Origin: Blepharisma stoltei ATCC 30299
Taxonomy: Eukaryota > Protista > Ciliophora
Assembly: GCA_965603825.1 (NCBI GenBank)
Contig: CBFDEM010000029.1
Location: 369,080 to 433,079 of the forward strand
Length of the DNA: 64,000 nt
Reading direction: 5' to 3'
Shown: positions 12,020-23,163 of the stretch, one piece after another
How the letters are laid out: every line of letters begins with the position of its first letter
How positions within the stretch are numbered: the stretch's first letter is position 1
Translations under genes and position numbers: made by a program
The notes under the pieces: generated by a model
What the model was told of the DNA's origin: nothing
The model's database searches: none
What the model saw: the letters and a program-made list of their open reading frames with translations, nothing else

Positions 12020-13264
12020 TTAGTGAAATTTAAGTGCTTTGAGTTGTTTAACAAAGCCTTTGTTTGGATGTATGCATAATCTTTGTGATTTAATTCTTCC
12101 ATAAGCAAGATCAAAGCTTAGCTTTCCGTACTTCATTAAATAAGCAATAAGTATTGTAGGGCTTCTTGAAATTCCCTTGTAACAGTGCACAAGGATCCTA
12201 GGATGTTTATCTCCTGAATGCTTTATAAACTCCAAAGTTTCTTCGAGGTTTTCGGTAATGTCTTGTGTTTCGCTGTCTTTTAGTTTTAAATGGTAATATT
12301 TGAACCCAGGCAGCAATTCCACCTTTTCTTTGTCCAAAACCCTTACTATTCTTTTTACTAGAGCCTCATCAAGCCACTCTCTATTAGTTGCTGCCTTAGC
12401 ACTACCAAGTAATATTCCAGGCCAAACCTCGTCCATATGATTGGTGTATCTGAATCCATTTCAAACGCCTCTTGATATATATCGATTGGCGGTATGCAAT
12501 ATATATTCGCCAATAGGCAAATCGTTTTCGAATTTCGCTTCAAATATCATCTTATAGGCCCCAAAATAGCCTGAATCTCGTCTTTCAATGGTCCCAGATC
12601 CTCATCTTTTTCCATTCTGGAAACTTCCTGAATATTTCCAGCCAGGAATATTTCATCGGTTTTTTCCATAAAATCTTCCATTCTGATACGTCCCAGGCCT
12701 AGGTATAAGTCCTCAGTTTCCAATAAGAAAGTTTCCTTTGAAGTCAGGACCGTCGATAAAAATTTGCTCTCCATAGCCAGATTGTAAATCGTTTTCAAAG
12801 TTTCCTTCATAATGAGTCTCTCCCTCATCTAAAATCCCATGCGCACATTTTAAATTGTTTTTTCATTCTCCATTGTATTTATTTCCATTCCAATAAGTCA
12901 TTGTTCCTTTTCCATCTTTTTCACCAAAACTCCATTGACCAACATAGACCCCATTTTCAGCATCGATCATTCTCCCTTCTCCATGCAAATTTCCGTCTTC
13001 TCAAGTCCCTTCACAAATGCAATTAAAAGACAGCATAACTCCATATCCACAAAGGTTATTTTTTTCATCAGTTTCCCCATAGAAAACCTTTTGATTGCTA
13101 CAAAATGGCACAGACCATATTTCTCCCTCCAAGTCGTCAGGTTTAAAATACATGCCAGACTTCTCCAATTCTTCCACAATTTTGCTATGAAGTTGGTTTG
13201 AAAAAGCGTCTTTGAAGGTCTGAAAATCTGTAAATAGACTTATCTCTGATTTTGGATATTGCAT
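12020..13264 (-). CDS. MORN-repeat protein fused to a dual-specificity phosphatase
   Basis: One frame with several TGA=Trp. Repeated Y.G.W..G..HG.G MORN units, then a DSP domain with active-site VHCYKGISRS and PNKGF..QL. Confidence 0.85.
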
Positions 13265-13907
13265 AAATATTAATTATTTTGATTGTCTTTATTCCATAAT
13301 TTAAGCTATCTTAGAGATTCTAAATTAGTTACGATTTAAAACAACAATTATAGAGCCCCTATTTTTTATCATATATCATATATATTAGTGTGAAATAAAT
13401 TGTTTATGTATAATAGAGTATATGTATGCTTTTCTTAGTGTACCTTACTTAACATTTCTCTCTTTAGTCTTTATTAAGTTTAATTGTCTCATAAAGCCTC
13501 TATTTGGATTAATGAGCTTTCTATTTAATTTTGAAGCTCAATATGCTAATCCAAAGCTCATGATCATACTGAAACAAGCTAAGGGGTATGCATTGTCAAA
13601 AGGCATACCCAGTTTTCAGTGTCATATTAATTATCCTATTGCCAAATGAGCTGCATGTTTCATCAACTTCTCCATAGAAAATATTTGATCGATACAAAAA
13701 GACTCTGACCATCTTTAATATGAGAGATCATCAGATTTAAATCCCGTCCTTTTCTAATTTTTTAATAGCTTTATCACAAATTCTAAAATAAAACCTCCTT
13801 AAATTCTGGAAGTCTGTAAATAAGCCTATGTCTATCTTTTTGCACCCCATCAATTTATTATCATATTCCTTTAAAAAACCTATTTTAGGCTAGAATTTTC
13901 CATATAA

Positions 13908-14918
13908 ATGGGACCTAAGAAAAAATCAGAAGGTAGCAAAAAAGACCCAGTCGATGACTCAGTGGAAAAACTTTATCGTGCCTACCGAAAAAATCTTGCT
14001 GAGTTTGGGATCTCTATGCCTAAGAAACTAGAAGAAAAATTTGTTGAGCTCCGAGATGACAAAAATCCAGGGCGACTTATAGATTTGGTTGTCTGAGAAG
14101 AAATCGGCCCTGCAGGAGTTCGTGCAATAGCAGATTCATTGAGAGATGTAAAATATCAGAACTTAAAATGCATTCGCTTCTGAAAAGCTAATACAGAAGA
14201 TGAAGGAGTCCGAGCAATTTGTCAGTTTATTATGCTATGCCCAACAGTTACAACTTTAGAATTTATGGAATGCAATATAACTCCTCTCAGCTGTGAGTTT
14301 ATATCTGGGCTCTTATCTCCCGTGACTACTATACCAATTTTGACATTAAAATTAGATCACAATAACATTGGCAATGAAGGAATGGTAAATCTGTCAAGAG
14401 GCTTGTGTATGAATTCAATATTAAACACCTTAAGCCTCACCTACTGCGGAATTGATGAAGAAGGCGCCAGACCTCTAATGGAAATTTTGATTTATCAAAA
14501 TTCTGCCTTAAAAGTCTTAGACCTGCAGGGCAATGTCTTAAGAAACCCAGGAGTTTGCACAATTTTGCATGGGCTTCAAGTAAATAAGTCTTTAACAGAG
14601 CTGAATTTGACTGATAACCAGTTCGGAGAAGATGAGGCAGTATTAGGGAAAATCCATGACATGCTGGCTAATAATGAAACTTTGCAAATTTTAGATTTCA
14701 GGTATAATGGGTTTTATGACTCAGGAGCTAGGGCTATATGCGAAATGTTTAAAAGCAACCCTCAGGAGAAGCTAAATTCGACGCTACAACAACTAATTCT
14801 CCCACAAAATAAGGTTTCTAAGGAAGTTCTGGCCGAGCTCGCAAGTATTCTGAACAGCAATAAAGGAAGAGGCAAAAAAGGAAAAAAAGGCAAAAAAGGC
14901 AAAAAGGGTAAAAAATAA
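13908..14918 (+). CDS. Leucine-rich repeat (RNI-like) protein with C-terminal (GKK)n tail, probably ciliary
   Basis: ORFs 13908 and 14232 are in frame, joined by two TGA. LxLxxNxI repeats; GKK x5 at the C-terminus. Confidence 0.8.
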
Positions 14919-15025
14919 ATAATTTAAGTATGTGAAAGATTTTAAAAATTTTCGATTTTATGGACTCGTTTTAATAAATAAGCTCATATTTTCATCAAAT
15001 TAAAGCCATAGTTATAATTGTGAAT

Positions 15026-16105
15026 ATGTACAAAAAAGAAAGCTCTAAATCAGCTGAAAAGTCTAAAATTTCAGTTTCCAGAATAACTCTTCCTCCTAAA
15101 CCATCATTTTCTAAAGATTACGAACCTCAAAGTTGTAAAAATTGCTTTGAAAAATCATCCTCAAATTTAAATTCTGCAATCCATCCAGTGTCGCCTTTGG
15201 TTACTTCATCAGGATTTTCGAGTTCTCAATACAATACGCCTAGAAATTCTTCACAGATTTTAAATAAATTCACAATGTATACTAATAGTGTTTGCCACAG
15301 TCGGCTTAATAGTGAGGATTTAAGTACTTCTTCAGACGGCGAATTCCAAGAAGCAAGGGAAAGCATTAAAAAGCTCGAAAATGAAAATTTGAGGTTGAAA
15401 ATTGAGCTTGTACATAATAAAGAGCAGTTAAATAAACTACGAGAAAAAGTGGAGGATTTAAGAAAAGAAGCTAGAGAAAAAGACAGCAAAATAGCTCATG
15501 TAAATATGTTATTAAAAGAAAGCGAAAAAAAATTCTTATCGCTTAAGGGAATTCAAAATTTAGAGCAATTCAGCGATAAAGATGAGCAAATCAAAGATTT
15601 GGAATATAAATTAAATCTACAGAAAAATGAGTTAACAGAAAGGTTCCTAAAAGAAAAACAAGAGTTAGAAATCAAAATCATTGAGCTGGATATGCTATAT
15701 AGAGAAAAAAATAAAAATGAAATCCAGACCATTACTAATAATTATTTAGAAGAGCAAAATAAAGAGTTAAAAAATATTGAAGCAAAATGCTCAATCTTGG
15801 AGAAGGAAAACCAAGAACTTAAAAGTGCTTCCGAAAGCTCTTCCATTCAAAGAGTTGCTAAGCTTTCCTCACAAATTGAAGCTGAAATAACCCAATTAAA
15901 TCACGTTTTTGAAATGATGGTATCAGACCGACGAGTAAGCTTAGCTATGCTTATAATCGCAGCTCAAGCTCGTATAAATATGTCCCCTTCTCCAATTACA
16001 ACAATTTCATCTCTTGAAAATTCTTTAAAAGAACTTTCTCATATGAGGACTGCGATGTCAGATTTATATGCAGAAAAGTGCGGAAATGCTTGCAAAATAC
16101 AATAA
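15026..16105 (+). CDS. Coiled-coil hypothetical protein ending in a CaaX-like motif (CKIQ)
   Basis: ATG at 15026; heptad E/K/L-rich sequence; TAA stop. Confidence 0.7.
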   Translation: MYKKESSKSAEKSKISVSRITLPPKPSFSKDYEPQSCKNCFEKSSSNLNSAIHPVSPLVTSSGFSSSQYNTPRNSSQILNKFTMYTNSVCHSRLNSEDLSTSSDGEFQEARESIKKLENENLRLKIELVHNKEQLNKLREKVEDLRKEAREKDSKIAHVNMLLKESEKKFLSLKGIQNLEQFSDKDEQIKDLEYKLNLQKNELTERFLKEKQELEIKIIELDMLYREKNKNEIQTITNNYLEEQNKELKNIEAKCSILEKENQELKSASESSSIQRVAKLSSQIEAEITQLNHVFEMMVSDRRVSLAMLIIAAQARINMSPSPITTISSLENSLKELSHMRTAMSDLYAEKCGNACKIQ

Positions 16106-16923
16106 TATCAATATATAAATAAATTTCTAACTTTCAATTATGTTCATCAGAAATCATTTATATTCTTATAGAAATTGGGCATATGTTTAGAATTCCAGAC
16201 TTAAGCTTCCTTCTCAATTTAGTTTAATTGGTGACAATTTAAGCGCATCATATAAAATAAATCTAGGTATTCCTGCAATAAAATGATAATTCGGAGCATC
16301 ATTAATATTAGATTGCCTTCCTTAGCATATTGCTATAGTATTATGAAGCCCTTCATGATTAATAAGCCAGCTTGCTGGATCTTGAGGGGATTTATAACAA
16401 CTTCGCTTCTTTTAGCTCAGCCCAAAATGCTTCCTTCAGTGATTTACGTCAGAATTTAAAATTGCATTAGTAGCTGCAAATAAGCTACAAGCGTTATCTA
16501 AAGTATTTACCTGCTTTATGAAATATCTTGAGGAAGTTGCTCACCTTCAAATGGAAGATTTTCATTTGAATAATTATAAGCTAAAATTATGCCTTCACAA
16601 GATATTTCTTCTTCAAAGGTAAAAACTTCCAAAGCCGTCTGATAGGGGAAGAAAATGCATTTTTGAATTTCTGAAAATCTCTAAATAAGCCTATCTCTTG
16701 TCGTGAGCAATCCATCAAATAAATAATAATTGAATAAATTTAAAACTAAACTCTTTATGGTATATCCTGTACATAATGCTTTAGAAATTCTAGACTATTA
16801 TTTATTTAAATGCAAAAAGAGCAAGGCACCTTAGTCATCTTATTATAAAATCATCTATTAGAATAAGCCAGAGCTGTAGCAAAGATTAAAATTCAAATAA
16901 TCTTAAATTGGAAAATCTTATAA

Positions 16924-17652
16924 ATGGAGGACTGAAAAAGAGGAATCAAAGAAGACAAAAACTGCGAAAACTGAAGAGAAAACCTCCCCAAAACTACTTT
17001 CGAAATCCCATTTGATATTGCATGCTCAGCCTGTGACAAAATCTTCTATAAAGGTACACAAATGAAAGCATTCCAGCAAAACAGTAATTAAAATTTAGCA
17101 AGGAATTATTTTTCAACCCCCATTATTGAGTTTTCAATGAGATGTAAAAAGTGCGCAAACTTAATTGCGATTCAAACAGATCCAGAGCACTGTGAATATA
17201 CCCCAGCGATAGGATGCTATAAATATGTAAAAAATAAAGGCTCAAAAAATTCCAGAGAAGAACTAATTGACGTTGAAGAAGTAAAATCAATAGAAATCGG
17301 CTCAGAAAAAATCAATAAAGAGCCAGATGAATCTGTCATAGCGATAGAAGGTCCAAGGATTGCAAAAATACACGCACTAAATGTGATGATTATAAAGGAA
17401 AAATTTAAAGATGATTTTGGCCTAAATCAGATGATGCGGAAAAAGCTAAGGAAAGAAAAGAAAAACTTGATGCATACTTCACATAAGAATAGTATGAGAA
17501 ATGAAAAAAATACAGGTAAAATCTATTAAGATGAAATGAAAAAATGCTCAATAAAGAAAAGACTCAAAATTATGAAGCAGTCGATTTTTCACACGGTAAG
17601 GATTATTTTATGCCAAAGAAGAATGATAGGTAAGAGAAGCAACATAATATAA
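16924..17652 (+). CDS. YJU2/CCDC130 (CWC16, Saf4/Yju2 family) splicing-factor-like protein
   Basis: FEIPFDIACSAC...NYFSTPIIEFSMRCKKC...IQTDPEHCEY family signature. Needs two TGA=Trp and two 15-nt introns. Confidence 0.75.
17084..17098 (+). other. 15-nt spliceosomal intron
   Basis: GTAATTAAAATTTAG; removes an in-frame TAA and joins the two zinc-knuckle halves. Confidence 0.85.
17516..17530 (+). other. 15-nt spliceosomal intron
   Basis: GTAAAATCTATTAAG; contains the TAA that ends ORF 17137; the frame continues afterwards. Confidence 0.6.
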
Positions 17653-17871
17653 TTATATGGTTTTTAAGGTTTAGCTAGATTGCGTGATTATTATACTAAT
17701 AGCAAAATAAAGTTCTTTAATAAAATAGTAATAATAAATTAGATAATATATTTAAATTTATGATTATCATAAAAATTAAATTATTCCACTCTTTATAAGA
17801 TGTTATTACATTATTTTAGCTAAATTTTCATTATTTTCTCTCTTTGCAACCAAATCCAAATACCGTTAAAA

Positions 17872-18396
17872 ATGAATTTTAAACTTTTACCTCTTTTAGC
17901 CTTGTCCGCTTTAGGTACATTTTTAAACCCTCCAGAGTGCTCCCCTCAATGCTCTTGGAAATGCAACGATCCAGTGTGCCCAGCTCTGTGTGATCCTGTA
18001 TGTGCTCCAGCAGAGTGTCATACAACTTGTGAAGAACCTTCAGGTGCCTTATGTGAAGTCAAGTGTGAGCAGCCACAATGTGAAATAAAATGCCCAGGAA
18101 GCTCTTGCAGTGATGAAGGATGCCCAGAATGTCAAGCTGTTTGTTCAGCACCTCATTGCATTACTATCTGCCAACCTCCTGCACCTAAATGCCAAATTAT
18201 TTGTCAAGAGCCTACATGTGATTGGAAATGCTATAAGCCAGCAGATTGTCCTAAGCCACAATGTGAACTTTTATGTGAAAATCCTCAATGCAAGCCTGAT
18301 ATTTCTTGTTGCCCATGCCAAGGTAGTGATGTTTTACTTCATGCAGTTACACTATTTAAAGATGATGAACCCAACCCAGGATGCTGTGAATGTTAA
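17872..18396 (+). CDS. Secreted Cys/Pro-rich protein (32 Cys in 174 aa)
   Basis: Signal peptide MNFKLLPLLALSALG; regular C-x3-C-x2-P-x-C periodicity. Confidence 0.8.
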   Translation: MNFKLLPLLALSALGTFLNPPECSPQCSWKCNDPVCPALCDPVCAPAECHTTCEEPSGALCEVKCEQPQCEIKCPGSSCSDEGCPECQAVCSAPHCITICQPPAPKCQIICQEPTCDWKCYKPADCPKPQCELLCENPQCKPDISCCPCQGSDVLLHAVTLFKDDEPNPGCCEC

Positions 18397-18417
18397 TATT
18401 TTAAAGTTAATATCAAT

Positions 18418-19731
18418 TTATTTTTTTAACTTTAATTTGTTTAAACTTTTTCGCAATTGGCTTGGCTGTGCTTTTGAAGCCTTAATTTTCGCAGCCTCAG
18501 ATCTCCATGCACGAATTATAATTCCTAATACAAAATCTTTCGAAAATGTGAATTTTCTTTCATTTGTTAGGAATTTGTCAAAATCTTTATAAACAGTCCT
18601 TATAGGCTTCTGCTTATTAGTTTTCTTGATCTTTTTATTTTTAAAATTTTCCAATAATAATTTCATAGTCTCCAAAGACGACCCTTTCTCTATTGTAACT
18701 TGAGGGTTTTGGGCTGTATGCACAGGCTCAGGAGCTGGAGGTAGCACAGAATCTCTTATAGGGGAAATTTTTTTAATTTCGTCCAAAATCGCTTTTTTTT
18801 CATTTTCATTATAAGAAAATTTCTCGACTCCAAGACTTGAAATCCTTTGACTTAAAATTTCTTGGCTTGGGTCTTCTGTTTTACTTAAGTCAATATCTAA
18901 TTTAATTTTTTGCTTTGGTTTTGCTAATGAAACAGTCACCGTTGCAACCTCATTCAAAATTGATTGCTCAGTCTGTATAAATTCATCTAATTCCCCAGGC
19001 TCAGCTGGGTTTTTATTTTTTTCAGGAGAGGTTTTGCCGTTTCTTGGGGTTTCTGCTGTTTTTATTGGTAATTTGAAGGTTTTTATAGGTTTTAAGGAAT
19101 TTCTTGGGGACATAAAAAGCTTCCCCATAGGACTTCCTGATTCACTTCTACTTGAGAAAGAAAATTTTCGAGCCCTGCCAGGTTTATCAGAATCAGATAG
19201 CGGTGATAAGCTAGTCGTTCTCATAGAGTCGTTTATTTTCAGAGTTTCTAAGGCTTCTTTGATGTTTAGGTCTAGCCCGGATCCAGAATCGTTGAGACTT
19301 GATCTTGAAGTATTATTCGCTTTTTGGATTTTGCTGAATATTATTTGTGCTTCTTTTTTTTCTGTCATATTGAAATCAATGCCGTACTTCGCTTGACAAC
19401 GAGGGACAATTTGCGAAAAAAATGACTTCACTCTCTCAGAAATTGGTCCTTTAGAAGAAATTATTGCAATTTCTTTCAATGATTTTTCAAAGTCATCAAA
19501 ACTGAAGGAAACCTTTGATATAGAGATTGTATTGGAAATCCTTGATATCACAGCTCGAAGTTCTGCTATTGATATTAAATCCTATATAAAAAATACTGGG
19601 CAAATTCTTGCAATTTTGCAAAATTTTTGATATTCTGGCACAGGCAACTTTTTTTCGTGGCCTAAATGCTTTTTGAATATGAGATGTAAAGGCTTTTTGT
19701 TCAGGTCAAAAAGAGTAAAATTTTGATCCAT
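18418..19731 (-). CDS. Hypothetical protein (one 15-nt intron)
   Basis: ATG at 19731; intron 19582-19596 joins the first exon to the 377-codon ORF. Confidence 0.7.
19582..19596 (-). other. 15-nt spliceosomal intron
   Basis: GTATTTTTTATATAG on the minus strand with in-frame TAG. Confidence 0.8.
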
Positions 19732-20247
19732 ATTATTTTAATTTTGGTTAGTTTTTTTATGAAAGTAGAATGGATACTGATGTGTCTTAAAATTATTTTA
19801 TAAATTATTGAAAAAAATATAATTTATTCAATTATTAAAATGATAGGTTTACTCTCTGTTATCATCATTTATTATACTAGCGAAAGTATTGGAATTCTAG
19901 ATTTGCCCTAATAAAAAAGGAAATAATTTTCGTAGGTTTTCATGTCCCTTTTAAGCAATTTATATCGCACATTTCATTTTGTTCTTCATTTCTTGCATAA
20001 GATGCAACGAAACATTGCAACTTTGCTGAAAGGATTTGTGCGGTAGTGTTATCCGATTGGAGTTGGAATACGAAGCAAAAAATCACTAAAGATTGAATGC
20101 TGAATGCATATTTATATTAGGGCTATGATAGACTCTCTTAAGAAGATAATTTGACTACTATTTATTTGTAAATTAATATTCTCTGAGAAAACCCAAAGAG
20201 CTTCATAAATAATCTATTGGATTTTCATTTTTTGCTAATATATATGA

Positions 20248-21765
20248 TTAAAATAAAAAACTTCCAGGCTTAGAATGGCGTGTAGATTTTGCATACTCTT
20301 GATAGCTTAATTTATGCTTATGAGTAGGCTTAGGAATTTCAGCAGCTTTTGGAGTTGATGATGTAGGGGGCCTAGAAATTCCTTCCATTATTCACATATG
20401 CTTTAAAGCCTCTTCTGCCTTAATTCTCCTTTCTGGATCCCATTCTAAGCATTTTTCAATAAAATCTTGGAACGGTGCATCAGTATCTCGTAAAATTTCT
20501 TTAAGTTCTTTTGTACTTGGGTAGTGTTTTTTACCTCTAGAATTTGCAGTGATTTTTGGGTATCCTGATGGATCGAAAAATAGCTTAGACCGGGTGGACT
20601 GTTGGAGAATGCTATATGGAGGTATTCCTTTTACTTCCATAATACATTGTAGCTGCTCAAGTTCAGACTCGCCAGGGAAAAGTGGGTAGCCTGTATAAAG
20701 TTCAACTAAAATACAGCCAAAGCTTCACATATCAATACCAGTTGTATATGGAATGCCAAGCATAATTTCTGGCGCTCTATAAAAACGACTCTGTATATAT
20801 GTATAAAGTTTTTGGTCTTCATAGCAAGATGACCCAAAATCAATAACTTTTAGGCTTGATTTATTTGATTGCCTCAATAAAATATTTTCGGGCTTTAAAT
20901 CGCAGTGTATAATTCCTAATCTGTGGGACAGTTTTAGACATTGAAGGATTTGGTATGCGAATCTTCTTATCAAAGGCAAGCTTAGTCCATGAAAATGGTT
21001 GCTTTTTATAAAATCATACAAATTTATGCTAAGCAGCTCAAAAGTAATGCAAAGATGCTTTCTGAAAATAAAAAAATCTTTTATATGCACTACATTATAT
21101 CTATCTTGGGAATCATGATCTTTTAGGGCTTTTAGAACTTTTACCTCGACAACACCTTGCTGATGGAACCTACTTTTATTTCTTATGATTTTCATTGCTA
21201 CGAATTCTTTATCTTTATGATCGTATGCTTTAAATACTTGCCCAAAAGAGCCTTTACCTAATTGTTGATTAACTTCATAGCGGTAACATATGTGGTCACC
21301 TAAAGAAATTTTATAATCACCTCTATCATCATCAAATCCATTGTTTGGGCCAACTCTTAAGTGTGATTTTTTAGCGTGATTTCCAATAAAATAAATTTTA
21401 TTGTAATCTAAAATTTCCCCTTGTTCCCAGCTGCTTAGATATGCTTTATAACTTTTCAATGCAGATGCACCCGGCATTGGAAATTTCACTTCATCTGTAG
21501 CAGGTATATTTTCTTTCATTCTTGGGGTATGTGCATGCAGATTTTTCGTTATATTTCTCGTAGTCTGATTGAGTGATGCAGATGACAAAACTGATGCATT
21601 GCTACTATTTAGCTTATCAAGCATAAGCAAAGGCCCATTTTCTCCTCTGACTCTAGGAGTAAGAATTTTCGGTATGTTTTTCCCAGTGTGATTCAACGAA
21701 GCAGCTGCCAAAACTGATGAATTACAACTATTTGGCTTTTTTGGAATACTCAATGATGTATTCAT
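20248..21765 (-). CDS. DYRK-family (class 2, DYRK2/4-like) protein kinase
   Basis: DH box NNGFDDDRGDY, GKGSFG, HCDLKPEN, DFG, YTYIQSRFYR. Subdomain IX DM-W-SFGC uses TGA at 20727-20725. Confidence 0.92.
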
Positions 21766-21843
21766 TTTTAAAATGCAAAAATAATTTAACGATCTCTAAC
21801 TGAAAAATTTTTAAAATTTTTTGAGAAATTAAAAAGGAATTAC

Positions 21844-22977
21844 TTAGTTAGAGCCACTTAAAATTCTAAAGAAATACTCACACTCAAGGGCTCCATCCTC
21901 AGGTAGATCAGTACAATGGACTGCATTTTGCACTTTATTGACCCCAAATCTTGCCCTAATCGTCCCTGGTCTCAAATTCTTCGCTACTTCTGGATCAATT
22001 GGCCCGCATAACTGTCTAAAGCTCTGGACTACATTTTCTTGTCTGATCTCCATGGCTATCAGCGGCCCCGACGTCAGCTCATCTACAGTTGCCACATATT
22101 CTGGCAGAACTCCTTTATAAACCTCCAAAAACTCTTGTGCGGTCGGTTTATCAATGCTAAACATCTGTAAAGCTGAAATTTCGTACCCTTCATTTAATAT
22201 CATATCAATGATTTTTCCAGCGTTTTCTATCGCATGAGGCTTAATCACACAACAAGTACAGTTATTAAGCACAGCTGGATTAGCTTGTAAGCCAAAGAAA
22301 AAGTTGATTTCTCTAGTCGCACTTGCTGGGGCATCACTTCCATGAACTGCATTGTGTGACCCTTCAGTACCAAAAACAGCTCTTAAGCTTCTAGGGGCGT
22401 CAACTCTGGCTGTATTCGGGTTTGTAGGGCCCATTAGTTCTCGCCATCTGGGGACTGCATTTTCTGCGATAAGTTCCATGCCGACAACTACATCACTTGC
22501 CATGAAGTTTACTAATTCATTGTAAAATGGCTTGCCTTGGTGCTCAGCATAGAACTGTCGAGCATCGTCAATAGTAAAATGGGCCATTTTCATGTGGCTG
22601 ATCCTGAATCCTGCAGTTACTATGGTATCTACTATTTTTCCTATATGAGAGTAGCAGTCTGGCTTGATCATTGCAAAGGTCCTGCCTCTTTGAGACTCGA
22701 AATGGGTCCTTGTGAACACATCAGCGTACTCGACGACCTTAAGCTGCCTTGCATATATTGTAACAGTGGCGCCGATAAATAAATCAGTCAATGCGATGGT
22801 GGGATATTGGCATCTTTTTAGGAAAATGCGACGGTTTTTTATGTCATACTACGTTAACAGTACCATTTCAATTGTGTTGTCTACACAGTAGTATGTGACT
22901 TGGTATTTACGAATTAAGGAGGCAGGCTGGTCAAACCAGTCTACTATGAACACAAACCGATCTTCAGATGCTGCCAT
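21844..22977 (-). CDS. NME7: Nucleoside diphosphate kinase 7 (DM10 domain plus two NDK domains)
   Basis: N-terminal F.V.WFD..ASL.R.Y...Y...D.T.EMYD.KN.R.FLKR (DM10), TFAMIKPD, NAVHGSD, second domain NAVHCTD; one 15-nt intron. Confidence 0.92.
22849..22863 (-). other. 15-nt spliceosomal intron
   Basis: GTACTGTTAACGTAG; removal restores the conserved EM|YD of DM10. Confidence 0.9.
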
Positions 22978-23163
22978 TTAAATATATAAATGATTTGAAA
23001 AAGTAAAATTTGAGTAATCTAGATGCAAAATAAGCACTTTATTATGATGTTTACTATAAATTCACGATAAAAACATAGAAAAACTATAAAAATTCTTCCA
23101 TTTCCAATATCCAAAATCCATCTATGATAAAATTATGCAAATTTTTATTAGTTTTCCATAAGA

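Noticed and set aside
13422-13649. 75-aa ORF between the phosphatase and LRR genes
   Set aside because: AT-rich intergenic composition and no recognisable motif.
14871-14915. GGN-AAR-AAR tandem repeat
   Set aside because: It simply encodes the (GKK)5 protein tail; not an independent DNA element.
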